A stretch of 60,835 bases of DNA, the filler included, from Sluysia triapertura (Eukaryota), in assembly GCA_046118255.1 (NCBI GenBank). It is 5 parts of 5 records of this genome, joined end to end, with 100 filler letters (N's around TTAATTAATTAA, not from the genome) between each part and the next. Parts side by side here need not be neighbours in the genome. Positions count along the whole stretch, not along the records: positions 11,092 to 23,865 come from JBJNIA010082921.1; positions 23,966 to 37,543 come from JBJNIA010031714.1; 3 more parts are not named here. The stretch is one strand, 5' to 3'. The notes under the pieces are model-generated. The model was not told the origin of the DNA, did not search any database, and saw only the letters and a list, made by a program, of their open reading frames with translations. Each line of letters begins with the position of its first letter. The first letter of the stretch is position 1. Made by a program: the position numbers and the translations under genes. Shown piece after piece: positions 13,871 through 28,469 of this stretch.

Positions 13871-15917
13871 CTCATAACAATCCAACTATAACCACATTCG
13901 AAATTAACTACCAGACACCAAATTAATTCAAACATTCTAAATTCACGATCTGTTATCATTTAAATCCTAAAAGCCAAATATTACTTTCTTTCAAGACACC
14001 AATGTACATTTATCATCCATTTTTAATATTTATACTATTCCAAAATACCTTCTACATTCTAACATCTTCAGTAATAAACATTAAATAGTATTTAAAAATT
14101 CACGTAAAACTAGTAAACAGCATTTAAAATTATACTAAAACGTTTTACGTATTACCATATAATATTAGCTTCACAAGATAATAACAGTGTTTAGGTACTA
14201 TTAATCAAATATGTTAAGAAATTAAAGATATAAGAGTAAGATCATGTATAATTTTTAAAAAATCTAAGGACTTTATGTATTTATAATAATAATAATAATA
14301 ATTACGATAACATTATTGTTATTATGATTATTACTTTAATTTAAATATTTTTAGAAATTTAAAAGATCGAAAAGCAACCTCATGTAAATTTTCAAAAAGA
14401 ATTCATGTATTATTATTATCATTTTATTCTTTAATTATTTAAAATTTTTATTTATGACGTTCAAATAGTAATTACCACTATAAATGGTGACACCAGTAGT
14501 TACCATGTACAAAATCTCATCATCATTGATAATGGTTTACCTGTCAATATTTTACATTTAGTAACATTATTTATTGTCTAATCCGAGTGTTTCTGCTTAT
14601 TATTTTTATATATCTCGTTTTATTGAATTCTGTTCTCTTGAGACAACAGCCAATCAAAAAATTGCTTTTTTGTTGTCCAGATTTTTCTGTAAAAATACTA
14701 CACAAAAAAAATTTAACAATTTCATAGCTCAAAATATAAGTTTGTGACGTTGATACAAAGTGCCAGTTATTATAACAGAATCATAAGAATTAATTAATAA
14801 AAGATAATAGTTCCCACAAGCTTTTGAAGTTATAATGCGAAATGAGTAAAAAAAATTAATGAAAATACAATATTTTTAAATGATGATAAAGAAGTTTTAA
14901 CAAGAATATTAGATTGAGTTAACGAATGTGATAAAATTATTTATATTGTAGAATCAAAAGGTAAAAATAGTAGTCATAAAGAAAATAAAATTAAATCTTC
15001 TTTAAAATTAAATTTATCTAGTGGATTTTGTAATTATGATAAAACAAGTGCAATTGAAGTAAAATATTTAAATTCAATATCTAAATATTATCATATCATT
15101 ATTTCTGATCAGTTTTGTGGAAAGGTATTAAAATTTAGCAATATTAAAGGAATTAATAGTAGTTTAGTAAAATTAGATCAACCCCTTCCTAGGAAAGAAC
15201 ATGTTGATAAAAAGAATATGAAATATGTATTCCCTTTAAAAGAAATTAAAAAAGACGTTATATCAGTACTCAACATAACAATATTCTTACTTAAAACGAC
15301 AGACCAACGTAATTGCTAAAAATGAGACAGAATGCAAAATAATAACGTACCAGTTTAAAAATAAAGATTTCAGATATATTGTTGAGACACAGCACAATAT
15401 GATCGAAACTTATGGAGCCGTTGAAGTTAAATGTAAAATCGAAGAATTGATTAACGGCTTTAAAACAGCATTGAGACTTCATGAGAACATAGAATAGAAA
15501 CCAATTATAAGAAATAATTTATATAATATCTAATGTTAAAGTGTTATTTTTATTTTATGATATTTTAGTTCTATTGGATATTACAGTTTTAATTATTAAT
15601 ACATCGTAGCAGTGATGAACTAAGTTACAGTTATTTATGTGTCTCTTAATAATTGAAAAGTGAATATAATTGTAGTAAGATAAGTGTTTAATTTTGGATT
15701 AACGTTTCACTGAAGTATATGTGATTACAATTTATGTGGGTATATGAAATATTATTTTATAAATAAAAAATAATAAAAGTGAATGTAAAATGTGTTCGTG
15801 ATTATTGACAAAATGTAAATGAAAACAGAATGATAATTAGAATGATTAAAATGTCACAATAGTACGTTAATAAAAATGATATTTAACAAAAAACTATCTA
15901 TTTAATGTAGTAAGTAG

Positions 15918-16100
15918 ATAAAATTTAACTGCTGTAGAATAAATATATACAATTAACAATTACAACGAGCCACAGCTGCGAGAAATTTAGAGACAAATGC
16001 TAATTGCGTACAATAAAATTGATCTGTACAACCTCGTAGTGTTTTCGATACTCGTTATTTTTTGCAACGCATTATACATTATTAAATTTGTATTACGATT
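15918..16100 (+). repeat. Dispersed repeat, copy 2
   Basis: Homologous to 12640-12850. Confidence 0.65.
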
Positions 16101-19100
16101 TTATTAATAAATTGAACTACAAAAACAGAATTTTTTATTTATAATAATAAAGATTTCATTTTTGTAATATATTTTATTGTCAAATATACAAATCAAGCGT
16201 GATGAACAGTTGATATGATAGACTATTACTTTGTAAAATTTAATTAGTTAAAATGTACTTATTCTCTACAGAAGTTTAAACTTTGGTGAATATAAGTTGC
16301 TTTGCTAGTAAAATTAAATTCGACAGGATTAAATCTTCCATTTAATACATAATTAAATAGATCATTGCATTAAAATACATCATTGAAAGTCGAAAATAAA
16401 AATTAGTACTATAAGTATAAATTCGTCTTATTTAATGGTGCACAAGTTAGTCAGAGTCAATGATATGCTAATTATGTTGAAGTATAAGTAAATATATGTA
16501 TTTCGAAAAATAAATATTTTTATTAAAACATTACTTCTACCAACTTTATAATTTAATTACTTATTACTCATCTGAATTTATTAAAACTTATTTATTTATA
16601 ACTACAACTAGATATATTCTTATAACAATTTATTTACACAGGAAATTGGGTTGCTTAAAGTAACACTGAATATATGTGTGATTTAAAATTATGATTGTCT
16701 TATTTCAATTTCTTCATAAATTCGAATTGTACCTAATGACTATAATAATGTTTCGATTTAATAAGTCATATTTGTGATCATTATAACACCATTTTAAGGG
16801 GCTATTATTATACAAATTGAGAGAGTGATCAGGACGCCGAATAACTTAAATTTACAAATACAAATAATAATCATTATTTTGGAAACCCTCGTTGGCTTAT
16901 AAAATGAACAACTGAAATCAATATAAGCTTTTTAAAAAGTAAGTCGGCAACAGTCATATATTACTTCTAATAACTTAGTACTATAATATCAACCCATTGC
17001 GAAAGATAACATCCACAAGGAGTTTGGTTAGTAACTGGTTTTAAATTCGTCACTAATTTCTCGATACTACTAAACAAATAGCACGTTGGATTGATTAAGT
17101 ACTGAATAATTTTTTAATTTCAAACCTAAACTTTATGCTACAATAACAGTAATGAAAATGAAGATAAAAAAGTTTTAAGGTTGAAGTTACAAATAAAAAA
17201 ACAAAAGATATTGCATGTTAAATTATCAATAAAGACATGAAAATTTTAAAGATATTTAATTAAAGATATTTCTGTATTATCAAGGAACTTAAAGGAATAC
17301 TTTATACATATATGAAAGTTCTCTGCAAATAATAACTGAATTGCTGTTTCAAAAGACAACCAAATTTTATCTTGTAAAGCTTTTAACATTCGTAATAACC
17401 GTTAAAGTAAGTACCGACATACTATCTTGAAGATAAGTTAATTGCCACTTTGATGTCTTTTATAAATCTAGAAGTATAATATCAAATTTATGAAGAATTT
17501 TAAATAAATATAAAATGAATGAAAAATATAACTTGTACTTGAATGTAGTGTGTATAACGTCACTTTTTGAAATACAAGACTATTCGCTTCACTTATCTTC
17601 TTCATTGTTGTCGAAGGTGTAATCGATCTTTCATTTCAGAACAAAAACTTTATTTTTTAATATATAGACATAGTTATTGACTAGCTTTGTAATTTTGAAA
17701 ATAACAAAAATATCAGCAATTAATGACCTTCGGGATAACAAAAATAATAAAAACTAAATAAGAAATATATAATAATAATAATAATGTTATAATGTTATAA
17801 TGTTATAAAGTATTGTGACTCATAGTAATTACATGCATATTTAACCTTAAATATTGTTAAATATAAAATGTATGAAACATAATTGAAAACGAATATTGAT
17901 TCTTAAAACAAAATTGGCTGGATGTTATTAACTATGAAAATAAATTAAACATAGAGTAATCCGTGTAGAAATTAGCTAAATAAATTTTAGTCCAAGATAT
18001 GACATTCATGATATGGTGACTTTCACTGCAAAGACACAATCTTTTGAGATATTTAAATTCATTAATTATTTGATATATTTTACATTTTATTTGAATAGTT
18101 CTCAATTTTCCACAAGATTGACGTGATTACTTGCAACACATTTCAAAATTTGCAATGTCAGGCTTAACATGGCTGTTAAAATTCCTTATGTAATAATGTA
18201 ATTATTTATTCTTATATCTCTTATCTAATACAATAATTTTATTATGGAGTTTTTTGAAATATGTTGACTTAAGGTAAGATTATGCTAATCCTCTCACTGT
18301 CTGTTAACCAATTTGAAATTCATTGACCTACGTACAAATCCGAAATAAAAATGATAATGTCGATGATGAAGACAGTTCTAATAATAATAATGATGATGAT
18401 GATTAATATGAACTTAATATTTATAATGTTAAGTAGTTTAACTATTATTTTTTAAAATTAAAAATTAATAGCAATAATATTAATATTAATATTAATAATA
18501 CAGCAGCAATAAAAATAAGATGATGAATAAGATGATGAGTAATTACATGTGAATTTATTAATTGTTTACTCTTTGTCTTTTTGCAATTGAAATTATGTTT
18601 TGAATCACCACAAGTCTTACGAGTTGAGGTATCTGTTTAAAAATTAAATGTTTTTTATAATCTCACTTTGTAATTTTTAATATTTGATCAATTTTTTTAA
18701 TTGTTTAACTTTTTCTAGGCTGAAAGTAACAGTGTTGGCATAGTTACCACACACACGAAAGGTGCCCAAAAATAGAATATTGTTGTTTATATATTTAAGT
18801 TACCGATATTATCTAGAATCTGCATTTAAATTTGTAATATAATAAAAATTCATTGTAATCCTTGTGTGACCATTCGTAAATATATCGAAATAACATCGAA
18901 AGAATGTTACATCTTTCTCTTTACTTTTTCATTAATTTTTGTCTAATTAAATTTGTTAAATCTTGAAAACAAATAACAACAAACTATTGTTAAGTTAATA
19001 TTTACATATAAATAATTAAAAATTAATAATTTTATATAACTTTTTAAGTAGTGCACATTATTGGATCTAATACTTATTTAATGTAATTTGATTATATGTT

Positions 19101-19106
19101 ATATAG

Positions 19107-19370
19107 GTACCAACTCAAGCATTAACGGTCGGAGTAGGTACAGTAATGGATGCAGAAGAAGTAATGATATTGATAACGGGTTCTCACAAATCTTTCGCAT
19201 TACATAGAGCTATTGAAGGTGGTGTTAATCACATGTGGACTGTTTCAGCATTCCAAATGCATCCAAAAACGGTATTTGTAGTTGATGAAGATGCTACTTT
19301 GGAATTAAAAGTGAAAACTGTCAAATATTTTAAAGGCCTTATTAAATTGCATACTGAAGAACTATCATAA
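19107..19370 (+). CDS. GNPDA: Glucosamine-6-phosphate deaminase, terminal exon
   Basis: AG acceptor at 19105-19106. [78 protein letters not shown] is nearly identical to the animal GNPDA C-terminus. Confidence 0.95.
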   Translation, partial: VPTQALTVGVGTVMDAEEVMILITGSHKSFALHRAIEGGVNHMWTVSAFQMHPKTVFVVDEDATLELKVKTVKYFKGLIKLHTEELS

Positions 19371-20184
19371 TAGTTTGTTTAATTATTTTCATTTATGAAC
19401 TATTTTAATTCCATAGATAGTGCAGAACAAAAGTACTCCTAGTTTATAAATCCATCTCCGAACTATCGATTTATTTACCAAATAATTGATCCAACTTGTA
19501 CATTTTGTAAAATACAAAAAATAAAAATATTATTAAATTTTGTAATTTTTCGTTGATTTTTCCTTAAATATTTTAAAATTACTTTTAAGAATATATTATT
19601 TAAAATGTAGACTGATAAATTATAGATGAATAATGTATTATCTGATTTCGGATCGTTTGTTTGTGTGCTGCTAACATTAACAATGTAGACGAATTCTCTT
19701 CGTGAGGAATTTATAATTGCGATGAAATTTACAACGATAACGATAATTGAATTATTAAATAAAGAATTTTTAAAAATTGTTCACGGATCTGTTTTGGATG
19801 CATTAAGTAAGAGTCTTGTTGTGTTCGATCTACTATATCGTAGAAGTTATAGATGTTGTGAGTTAAAATGTTTTACTTTTAAGATAATTAATTTAATTAA
19901 AGTTTTGAAATTGTATAACAAAATATTTATGAAACATTTTTAATTTAAGTTTAAAAGTTTCTGCTTTAAATACTAATTTTATGTGTTAGAAAAATAAATT
20001 TTATTAAGAAATTCACAACAAAAGAGAAAAGATTTATAAACATAAATTTTATTACATATAAAAAATCTAAAATTTTTATCAAATTTGTAAATGATCTCCA
20101 TATTTCCCTACCTAGACATAAAACAATAATTAAATTATCATAAAAATAAATTAAATTAAATTTACATCTTTGTCATAAGGATAG

Positions 20185-21400
20185 TTAATAATCGCTGAAG
20201 TGGTGATCCGGATCGATTCTGCTTATGTGGTTCACGTTAGGAGGACTTATATCTATAGTCGTTAGCTGATCACACGTATGAGCAGATGGGCAATTGGTAG
20301 TGAATCTCATGCATATGCCATTGTAGTCACTGGCGTATGGGCATAATGCTAGCATACCAAGTTGATTAGAAATTGACGTGCTTGTGACCTTGTATATTTC
20401 GTCTTATGATGATTGTGTAAACGTGTGAGAATCACTTTCTAGCTTCACATTGCCTAGGAAAGTATCTAGGTATATACTGCTAACAATGTTTTCTTTATCT
20501 TGATTACTTTCTGTTATATCATAATTTCATGTAATTATTAGAAAAACGCTTAGATCAGTTAACGATTTATAATCAATTACATTCAATATAGCGTTCAGAA
20601 AAGTTGGAGATGTTATCGGAATATTTTGAGATGGAATGCCATTTTTGTTACTAATTATAATAGATTCAGCATTCATGGAATTTTTGTCGATATGAAGGTC
20701 TTCAGGTGATTTCACATAGGAATTGTAGAAATCTGTACTGAGAGCGATCACATTATTCGTTATCATAGCTAAGTAAGATAATCTTAACACATAAACATTA
20801 AACACTGCATTCAGCAAAGATAATCTTGTATGGCGTTTCAAATGTGAATTTTCGATCGATTTTATTAATCTATGACAAGCTTCGACCGATTGGGTATCAC
20901 TTAAAAACGACTTCTTATGTTTGTCTGTAGAATAGATGGGACCACAAGATAAAACTTCGTTTGATAAATATCCCAGCTTATGGGTTACAATTTGATCTAC
21001 TTTTTTGTATTCTAATTCAACTAATGTGCCTTCGATATAAAATGTTTTATCGTATATTTGATGTAAACGTAATAGTCTGTACGGTTTCAAATTATTATAG
21101 AGTAAATGGACACAAACACAAAAATCTTGTCCCTCCATTCTTGAACTTAAACTAGAAACAACCTCCGAAACAATACTCGTGTCATTCTTTTCTGAAATAC
21201 TTGCCACTTGATACTTAGATAAATCGATTTCTAAAATTAGTTGTTGATTTTCAAAAATTATTTGAAAATTATCAAAATTTTGTTCTTTAACCAATTTATT
21301 TATTTTCTTGACACAGGATTCATACCATGTAGAAGGAAGAAAGTCGATTTTTATAAATACCACTGGTATAATACAATCTTTGGAATTACTATACGGATTT
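20185..21400 (-). pseudogene. Orphan 278-aa ORF with a disrupted downstream extension containing a CCCH-like finger
   Basis: Long ORF 21363-20527 in AT-rich DNA. A downstream frame gives CPYASDYNGICMRFTTNCPSAH (20343-20278). Stops and frameshifts lie between the two parts. Confidence 0.4.
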
Positions 21401-22866
21401 TTAAAATTCTTTAGTGTTACTAATTTGTTTTTTGATAATTTTTATTTTTAAACTATTATTAAAATCTTTAATAATTGCGTATCTTTTTGTTTTTGTGTTA
21501 CCTTTTTTGTTACTATTTTTAAAAGGTATTTTTGTTAATAAATTGATGTTCAACTGTGCGCTCGTCATTGGTTGTCCAACCAGAGAAGGAGACAAAATTA
21601 GCAATGCTAGCTCTCTTTGGACAACCAATGGAAACACCACAAAGTAATTGCAAAATCAAATAGATTGTACTATGATGACAACCATCATCAACAGTGACAT
21701 TGAACTAGATATGCGAATTAAAATTGACACTGGTGATGATGGCAGTTACCAAAAATAAAAACATAAATCTTTGAACACTGAAAACATGATCTTACTTTCA
21801 ATTCTTTTATATCTCTTACATATTGTAGTTGTAGAAGCATATGAACCTTATAGTTATGAATTTGTGGTATTAAGGCTTTTTAATATACATCTTAAACGCT
21901 CTTTTGTAGTTCCACATAAATTTTGGATAATTAAGCTTAACGTTTTAACTGAAATCATGTTTCTGGCTGAAAGTATTAATAGATCCTAAGTTATTAATAT
22001 GTTAAAAAGGTGTAGTTTGGAAAATGTGAATAAAATAACTTTTAATATGTTGAAGAAGTGATTGTGTGATGTTGAAAAGTAGATTGTTTATGTAATGATA
22101 TGGTTATGTGTTGTAGGGGATTAAATGATGCAAAGCATGAATTTCGAATATTTGGATTGTTTTGAAAGTGTATGTTGATTAATTTCGAATGTGATTGTGC
22201 TTGAATTATTAAAAAACGAAAAATAAAATGTTTAAAATTTTATCTAAAACAACAACAATTAATAATGCAAATGAGAAGATCCATGCTTTAAGTAATTTGT
22301 GAATTTATTTTATAATTAAAAATAATATTATTTTTGGGGGATTTTATTAAAATATTTTTTCTTTTTTTTATTGTTTTTTGGAAATTTATATTTCATTATT
22401 ATTAAGAAATAATCGCGAATAATAAATATTTTTCCTAGTGTTTGTTGTGTCACTCCTGATTTCTTTAGATAGATTGTTATATTCTTGATACTATTATAAA
22501 CATTACTGTTAATCTCGTCGTTACTCATTTTTAGTATTGTTTAGTGGAGATTTATAATAACAATTTGTATTTGATTTTTGTTTATTGTGTTATTATTAAT
22601 TTGATTTTTAAAAATTTAATTTTTGGGTGAATAATTATTATTATCAAAGTAAGGAAATTACTGGAAATTTATATTTGATATAGTGATTACTTAAATTATT
22701 GAGATTTTATTAAAGTTAATTAAAATGATATTGATTTAGCGTAATTAATAATTTTCAAAGACGTAACTATACCTCATCCTAATTTTTTAATAATATTGAA
22801 CTTATTCTATTATCCTGAGTCTTGACCCGTACATTTACCTTTATCCTTCACTAATCCCAACATATC

Positions 22867-23181
22867 TCAGGGACTATAAACAATTATATAACCATACACA
22901 AACAAACAAGAAAAAGAAATTAAAGATGATAAAACAATGAATTTAAATCGGTCTATAATAAATTTTTGCAATACAAAAGAAGTAAATGAATGTAATTTTT
23001 GCTTATTAGAATAATTTATCATCACATTTTGCCACAATGTTTGATAATAATAAAAGAAACGCGGGAAGGCTTCGTTTAAGTTGAATCTTGGCACGTCCTG
23101 CAGCATGATTCTATGCACGTCCTGGGACCTATATTTCATTAGAAAAAGAAGAAATATACAACAACATAAAGTTGTTACCAT
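22867..23181 (-). CDS. Possible membrane-protein exon or fragment, unknown
   Basis: 104-aa ORF with two hydrophobic segments; no family recognised. Confidence 0.25.
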   Translation of the reverse strand: MVTTLCCCIFLLFLMKYRSQDVHRIMLQDVPRFNLNEAFPRFFYYYQTLWQNVMINYSNKQKLHSFTSFVLQKFIIDRFKFIVLSSLISFSCLFVYGYIIVYSP

Positions 23182-23794
23182 TTTATTAATTTTATGGAGT
23201 CTATGCTTATGTAAAACGTAAAATTATAAAATTTTTAAATAACAAATGTACTTCTTAATTAAAAGTTTGTCAAGGTTTTCCACTAATGACTTCATTTATG
23301 TAATGATCATAATTGTTTCTAGATTTTATGTACAATGATTTTAATCGATTTTCCAGGAGTTGGCGTGCTCTATATCTTTTACTAACACATAAACGACGAT
23401 GCGTTATCTTTTTCAATTAAATTTTATCAATTTTAAATTTTAGATTTGGTATTAATTTAACCCAAAACTTATCAAATTACTTCCATTCAATTATGTTAAT
23501 AGGTTTAATTTACTATATAAAGCTGTCGTTTTTTTGACTATATTCATTCATTAAGCAACTTTCCACGTAGGTAAGTTATCTTGTGCATAACATTTAACTT
23601 ACCCTAACATACCTTTTGTTGTCTAACTTTTTATTAACTTAAAACTTATTTCTTTTATCTTATTCTTTTTTTGCTGTGTTCTTTTAGATTCTTATCATAA
23701 AGGATTCTTCATTCACATGCTCATTTTTTACACCTTATTTTATATTTCCTTTGCTTTAAATTTATTCAAGAAAAATTTATGGCACTCATTAACT

Positions 23795-23796
<2 letters not shown>

Positions 23797-23865
<69 letters not shown>
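23797..23865. repeat. (AAT)n microsatellite at contig end
   Basis: Direct reading. Confidence 0.95.
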
Positions 23866-23965
23866 NNNNNNNNNNNNNNNNNNNNNNNNNNNNNNNNNNN
23901 NNNNNNNNNTTAATTAATTAANNNNNNNNNNNNNNNNNNNNNNNNNNNNNNNNNNNNNNNNNNNN
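23866..23965. other. Artificial scaffold spacer
   Basis: N-TTAATTAATTAA-N. Confidence 0.95.
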
Positions 23966-24997
23966 AGTTTGGTATAAAGCGTATATACTAAGCGAACTGA
24001 CCCTACAGATAATTTGTTAGGAATAAGGAAAAATCTAACAACAATATCATTACATTATTCTAAATTATATAATAATTACGTTGTTGTTATCATTATTATT
24101 TCTTTTATCCTTATTATAAATCTTTCTTCTTATTCTTTTATTTTTTCCAGCTTATGTATATATATACTTATGTATATATTTGTTTATGTGTTGTTCAAAC
24201 ATATTCCCAGAAACGATTGAGAAATTAATGATATTCAACGTATGAAACGCAAAGTATTTATGAGCGACTATCAGTTAGTTTGCTGTGACCTATCTCTCGA
24301 AAAATTTGTAGAATGTTCGTTGGTTTATCGAGACTGTGTCAACCAAGTACAAGTATACTAGTAATGTTATGTTGCTGCCAAGCAGTTTAACTATAGTAGA
24401 AGTAGAAACAAATGCCGATGACAATGATTCTACTAATACTTTATGGAAATCGTCTGAATTTAAATCAAATTCAAATGTGAAATATGTTCAACCGTGTTCC
24501 AATACACCTTCATCAATATCGTGTTGGTACAACTGTTCAAAGTCAAACAAATATTACATAAATGAAATGAAATTAAACGAATTAACTGTCAATGAAAATT
24601 CACAAAGTGACGAACTACCCGTGGAACCTGTATATTTTGAATATCCACTTATTAATCATTTCTATGATTCTAGTGACAGTTCCGACAGAGACTAGCTTAT
24701 TAGATAACTTGCGACACAACAGATCTATTCACAAGACAGTCACTGTCTATGACTGATGTAATACTGAATGATGCCCTAAAGAAACGTATTGCAGATTGAA
24801 AGAAAGAACAGTTAAAAATAAGCATAATTTAATATACAATTTAATATATATGTAACACATTTCAATTGTCTAAATCTATTATTATTTTTACCTTATTCAA
24901 TGAAACTAATAAGATTTTATTTTCAATAATAATAATAATAGAAATAAAAAAATCAATATTTATTATATTAATGACAGTAAGAACTTATACTACCAAA

Positions 24998-25375
24998 ATG
25001 TTAAATAATGTAATTTTAATATCGTTGTTATTTATTGCTTTATGTATACAATGTAATATGCCGGCCGAAAGTTTCATATGTAAAAATTGCAATGAACCAT
25101 CTAAACCTGAAAATGTCACTACCGTCTCTAATTGCACCAAAAGATTGGAAGTGGCGATTGAATCTCACTTTGACAGAATTTTTTCTGATATAAAATGTTC
25201 TCACATCTCATCACTTGGAGAGTATTCTACTGTCCGATTCTCAAAAAATTAGAAAATATGAAACTCTTGAATACAGCTACGTTTCTAACAGAAGATTACT
25301 TTCTTAATTGGTACAATACTGATGTGAGTACTTTATTATTTTTTTTGGTTGTATTTTATTATATTAATAAGAAAT
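24998..25375 (+). pseudogene. Small secreted Cys-rich protein (Ly6/three-finger-like?), possibly frameshifted
   Basis: Signal peptide MLNNVILISLLFIALCIQC, then FICKNC..C..C. A hydrophobic GPI-signal-like tail (STLLFFLVVFYYI) is in a shifted frame. Confidence 0.35.
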
Positions 25376-25624
25376 TAAATTTTGTTCCTTTTTTAAATCG
25401 TTATTTTTTACAGACCTTAAGTCTAGTTTGAAAATTAAAAGATTTATTATTATTTTGTTCGCTTTAATGTTAAATTTTAATAGTTTAGTAATTGATAAAT
25501 TAATTAGTTGGTTAATAGTTTCTAAATTAAAGTTAATTTGTTGTTATTTAGTTAATTTTTTAAATTTTCGTAAAACAAAATTAAAGATAAATAAAAAACC
25601 TTAAATTATTAACTCTGAAACATA

Positions 25625-26290
25625 ATACGCCCTCCACATAATAATATTTAAAATAAAAACATTTCCAAAGAATGAAGATTCTCAGAAAGGAATAATTGCC
25701 ACAGTAAATCGATTGTAAAATAATGATTGAACGAATAGATGAAGTTTGCAAAAGAAGACCCGATTAATTGTTTAGTCCATTATCAATGTTGATAGTTGAT
25801 TCAGCAAAGTCCCACTTAACTGATGATGTCAAAAAATAAAATTAAATATTGTTCCAGATTTTACAACCATTGAATATCTCAATTAATAGATCATTCAAAA
25901 GTATGTTGCGGGAATAATGAACTGATGAACAGCTAAAGGACCACATAGTTTTACTTAGGGTGGAGCTATGAAAAGAGTCTCTTTTGGTTTGATTGGATAA
26001 AAGGATCATGGATGATGTAACGATGAACGGCATCAAGGATGAATTTTATAGATCACCTATTTTATGTCGAGAAGACCTAAATAATAATGAAGTTGAAGAA
26101 AGTTTGGAATAGTTATCCAAACATTCAGATTGCTTGAGTTTGGATGAAGATTTTGAATAATTTTGAATAAATTATTTAAATTTTCTTTTAAATTTTAAAG
26201 TTTAGTTCAAATTCTGTTGTATAACTCCCAGTAAAGATTTAAAAAAACGTTATCCTTAGATAAACCGCTGCTTATTAACTGGATTTTAAT
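25625..26290 (+). mobile_element. pogo/Tigger-family DDE transposase relic
   Basis: SMLIVDSAKSHLTDDVKK and ILQPLNISINRSFKSMLRE match the DDE_1 motifs DS..H and LQPLD..N..FK. Contains stops and deletions. Confidence 0.8.
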
Positions 26291-28469
26291 TCCTGAGTTA
26301 TATTTAAATATTTTCGAAGAAAGACACATAATTCTGTAGGAATTGGTTGAAGATGTGGCAATAAATTCGTAAGATCAATTCAGTGATTATTATTTCACTT
26401 TGTCTTATATGGGACTCTGAATATCGAATATATTAGAAATTAAGCCAATTATGGGCAATTAGAGACTCATATAATCGACTGTCCGGCCAGCAGTTGGGCG
26501 CGTACAAAGCAATTTCTGTATTTTCAGTGATTCGAAACATCTATCAATATGTATCAATATGTGCATGATCTGGGTTTCCATTAATTCTTATTGAGGTTTC
26601 CTAAGGTCATTAAGGACATCGAATAGTTTATAGTTGTTAAGTATCTTTTGTGTCCTATATAAATTTTACTGGCTTTATATACAATTCAAAAGCCAGCTGA
26701 ATTGTACGCTTATAGCTATAATTAAAATTTTTATCTGATTAATAGAATAGGCACATGTTTTCTCTTTTAGATGAGTTAATATCGAAGTATTATTTTTTGA
26801 TGTTAAATTTTATTTCATTGTAACGTTAATGTATCTCAATACGGAGTTTATTTTAAATGTTTGTCGTCCAAACTTGATTCCTTATTATTTGGATATGTGA
26901 GAATCCCATATAATAAACCACAGTCACCGTTTTCGTAGGGATAATTGAAGTTTTTAAATCCTCTAAAATCTTTCGACCCAAATCCTAAAATTACATTGTT
27001 CCATTAAAATAGGAATCCTTATTTATCCGGTGACAGTTATTTTCGCGGACTATTTTTATTTTATTTAACAATGATTATACATTGTATTATTTTTATAGAA
27101 TCGAATGTAGTTTGAGTTTGCAGATAATTCGTTATTCTTCGAATTTGTGGGCATTGAGTTATTGATGTCTTCTGTTAATTGGTTTGAGATTAGTAATAGA
27201 TATATTATATTCGTGAAGTTGAAGTGATCTCTGAAGATTCTAGTTTGTAGGTATAAGTTCTTGTATCGGTTTACATAAATTGTTATTTCATGTCTTTATT
27301 GAAAAGGTCAAGTCTAATACAAAATTTTGTGAATAAGCACACGTTATAATGGCAAACAGAAGTAAAGTTTGTAAATTCCACTTTGTAATTGATGGGTAGC
27401 ATAAATCTAATGTTATTTGTTGCTTCTTCATAAGATGGAGTTCTGTAAATTGCAAACTTTCAACTATTCGTATTAATAGCAAAAGAATTAACATAGGTCT
27501 GTGTAGAAAAATAAATGGAATTATCGTCATAGGGTAAATAATGACCCATCTAATACTTCCTTATTAATAGTTGTGTTCGTGTCTTGATTTGGGTATTGTA
27601 ATATCAATGTGGGGATATATTTCGATATCATATTCAGCTAGTGCTAAATGCATCAGTTACATTTCGAATATCTCTTAAGTACATTAATGGTTTATGTATG
27701 GTGATTCAAATCTATTATTTAAATTTTCATCAAACACAAATAAACAAAGCGTCACATTTAACTCTCAAAATATTCGACAAATACTCAATCGCACACAAAC
27801 ATAAAAACCTCAAAAATCTTAAAATGAAGCATAGGTTTAATAGCAATGAAATTTCTATAATAAAAATTTCAATTATTCCTAACCTTCTTTCATGTTTATT
27901 TCTCTCAACTAAAAACATGTGATGCTTAAATTAGCAGAATCAAAAGCAATATTACTTATATTACAAAATGAAATCGGAAACTGAATTAAAAAATGAGCAA
28001 TTATGGCTATATCTATATCTAAATCTGGTATTCGATTAGTTGAACAGAATCTACAGAAAATTCTTTAAAAATTCTCATAGCAAAACATCACAAACATAAA
28101 GTTACATCTTTTTGTGTAGCTTCATAAACACAAAAAATATAAAGTTTCATCTTGTTTCAAAATACAGTAGATCTTATCATTGATGTTAGAGAACAAGAAG
28201 AAGGAGATGCGTTATGGTGTAACACTTCAAGATTCTGCAAACCCTAGCAATGATTTTAGTTTAAATGTTGTTGTAGAATTATTTTTATTTAAAATTTCTT
28301 TGTTAAAATTAACATAAATAATTATATTCTTTGAAAAACAAAGTATCATCAAGATAAGACTTGAAAACAAATCTATTAAACATATGACACATTGAGAAAA
28401 GAAATTGAAAAGGTGTATCATCATTAAAGACAGAATAAGATATAGGATTAACAAATCTTACTTCATGAA

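Noticed and set aside
21550-21760. Retroviral-type protease motif IKIDTGD (and FLVDTA near 30770)
   Set aside because: Too short and degenerate to call without a search.
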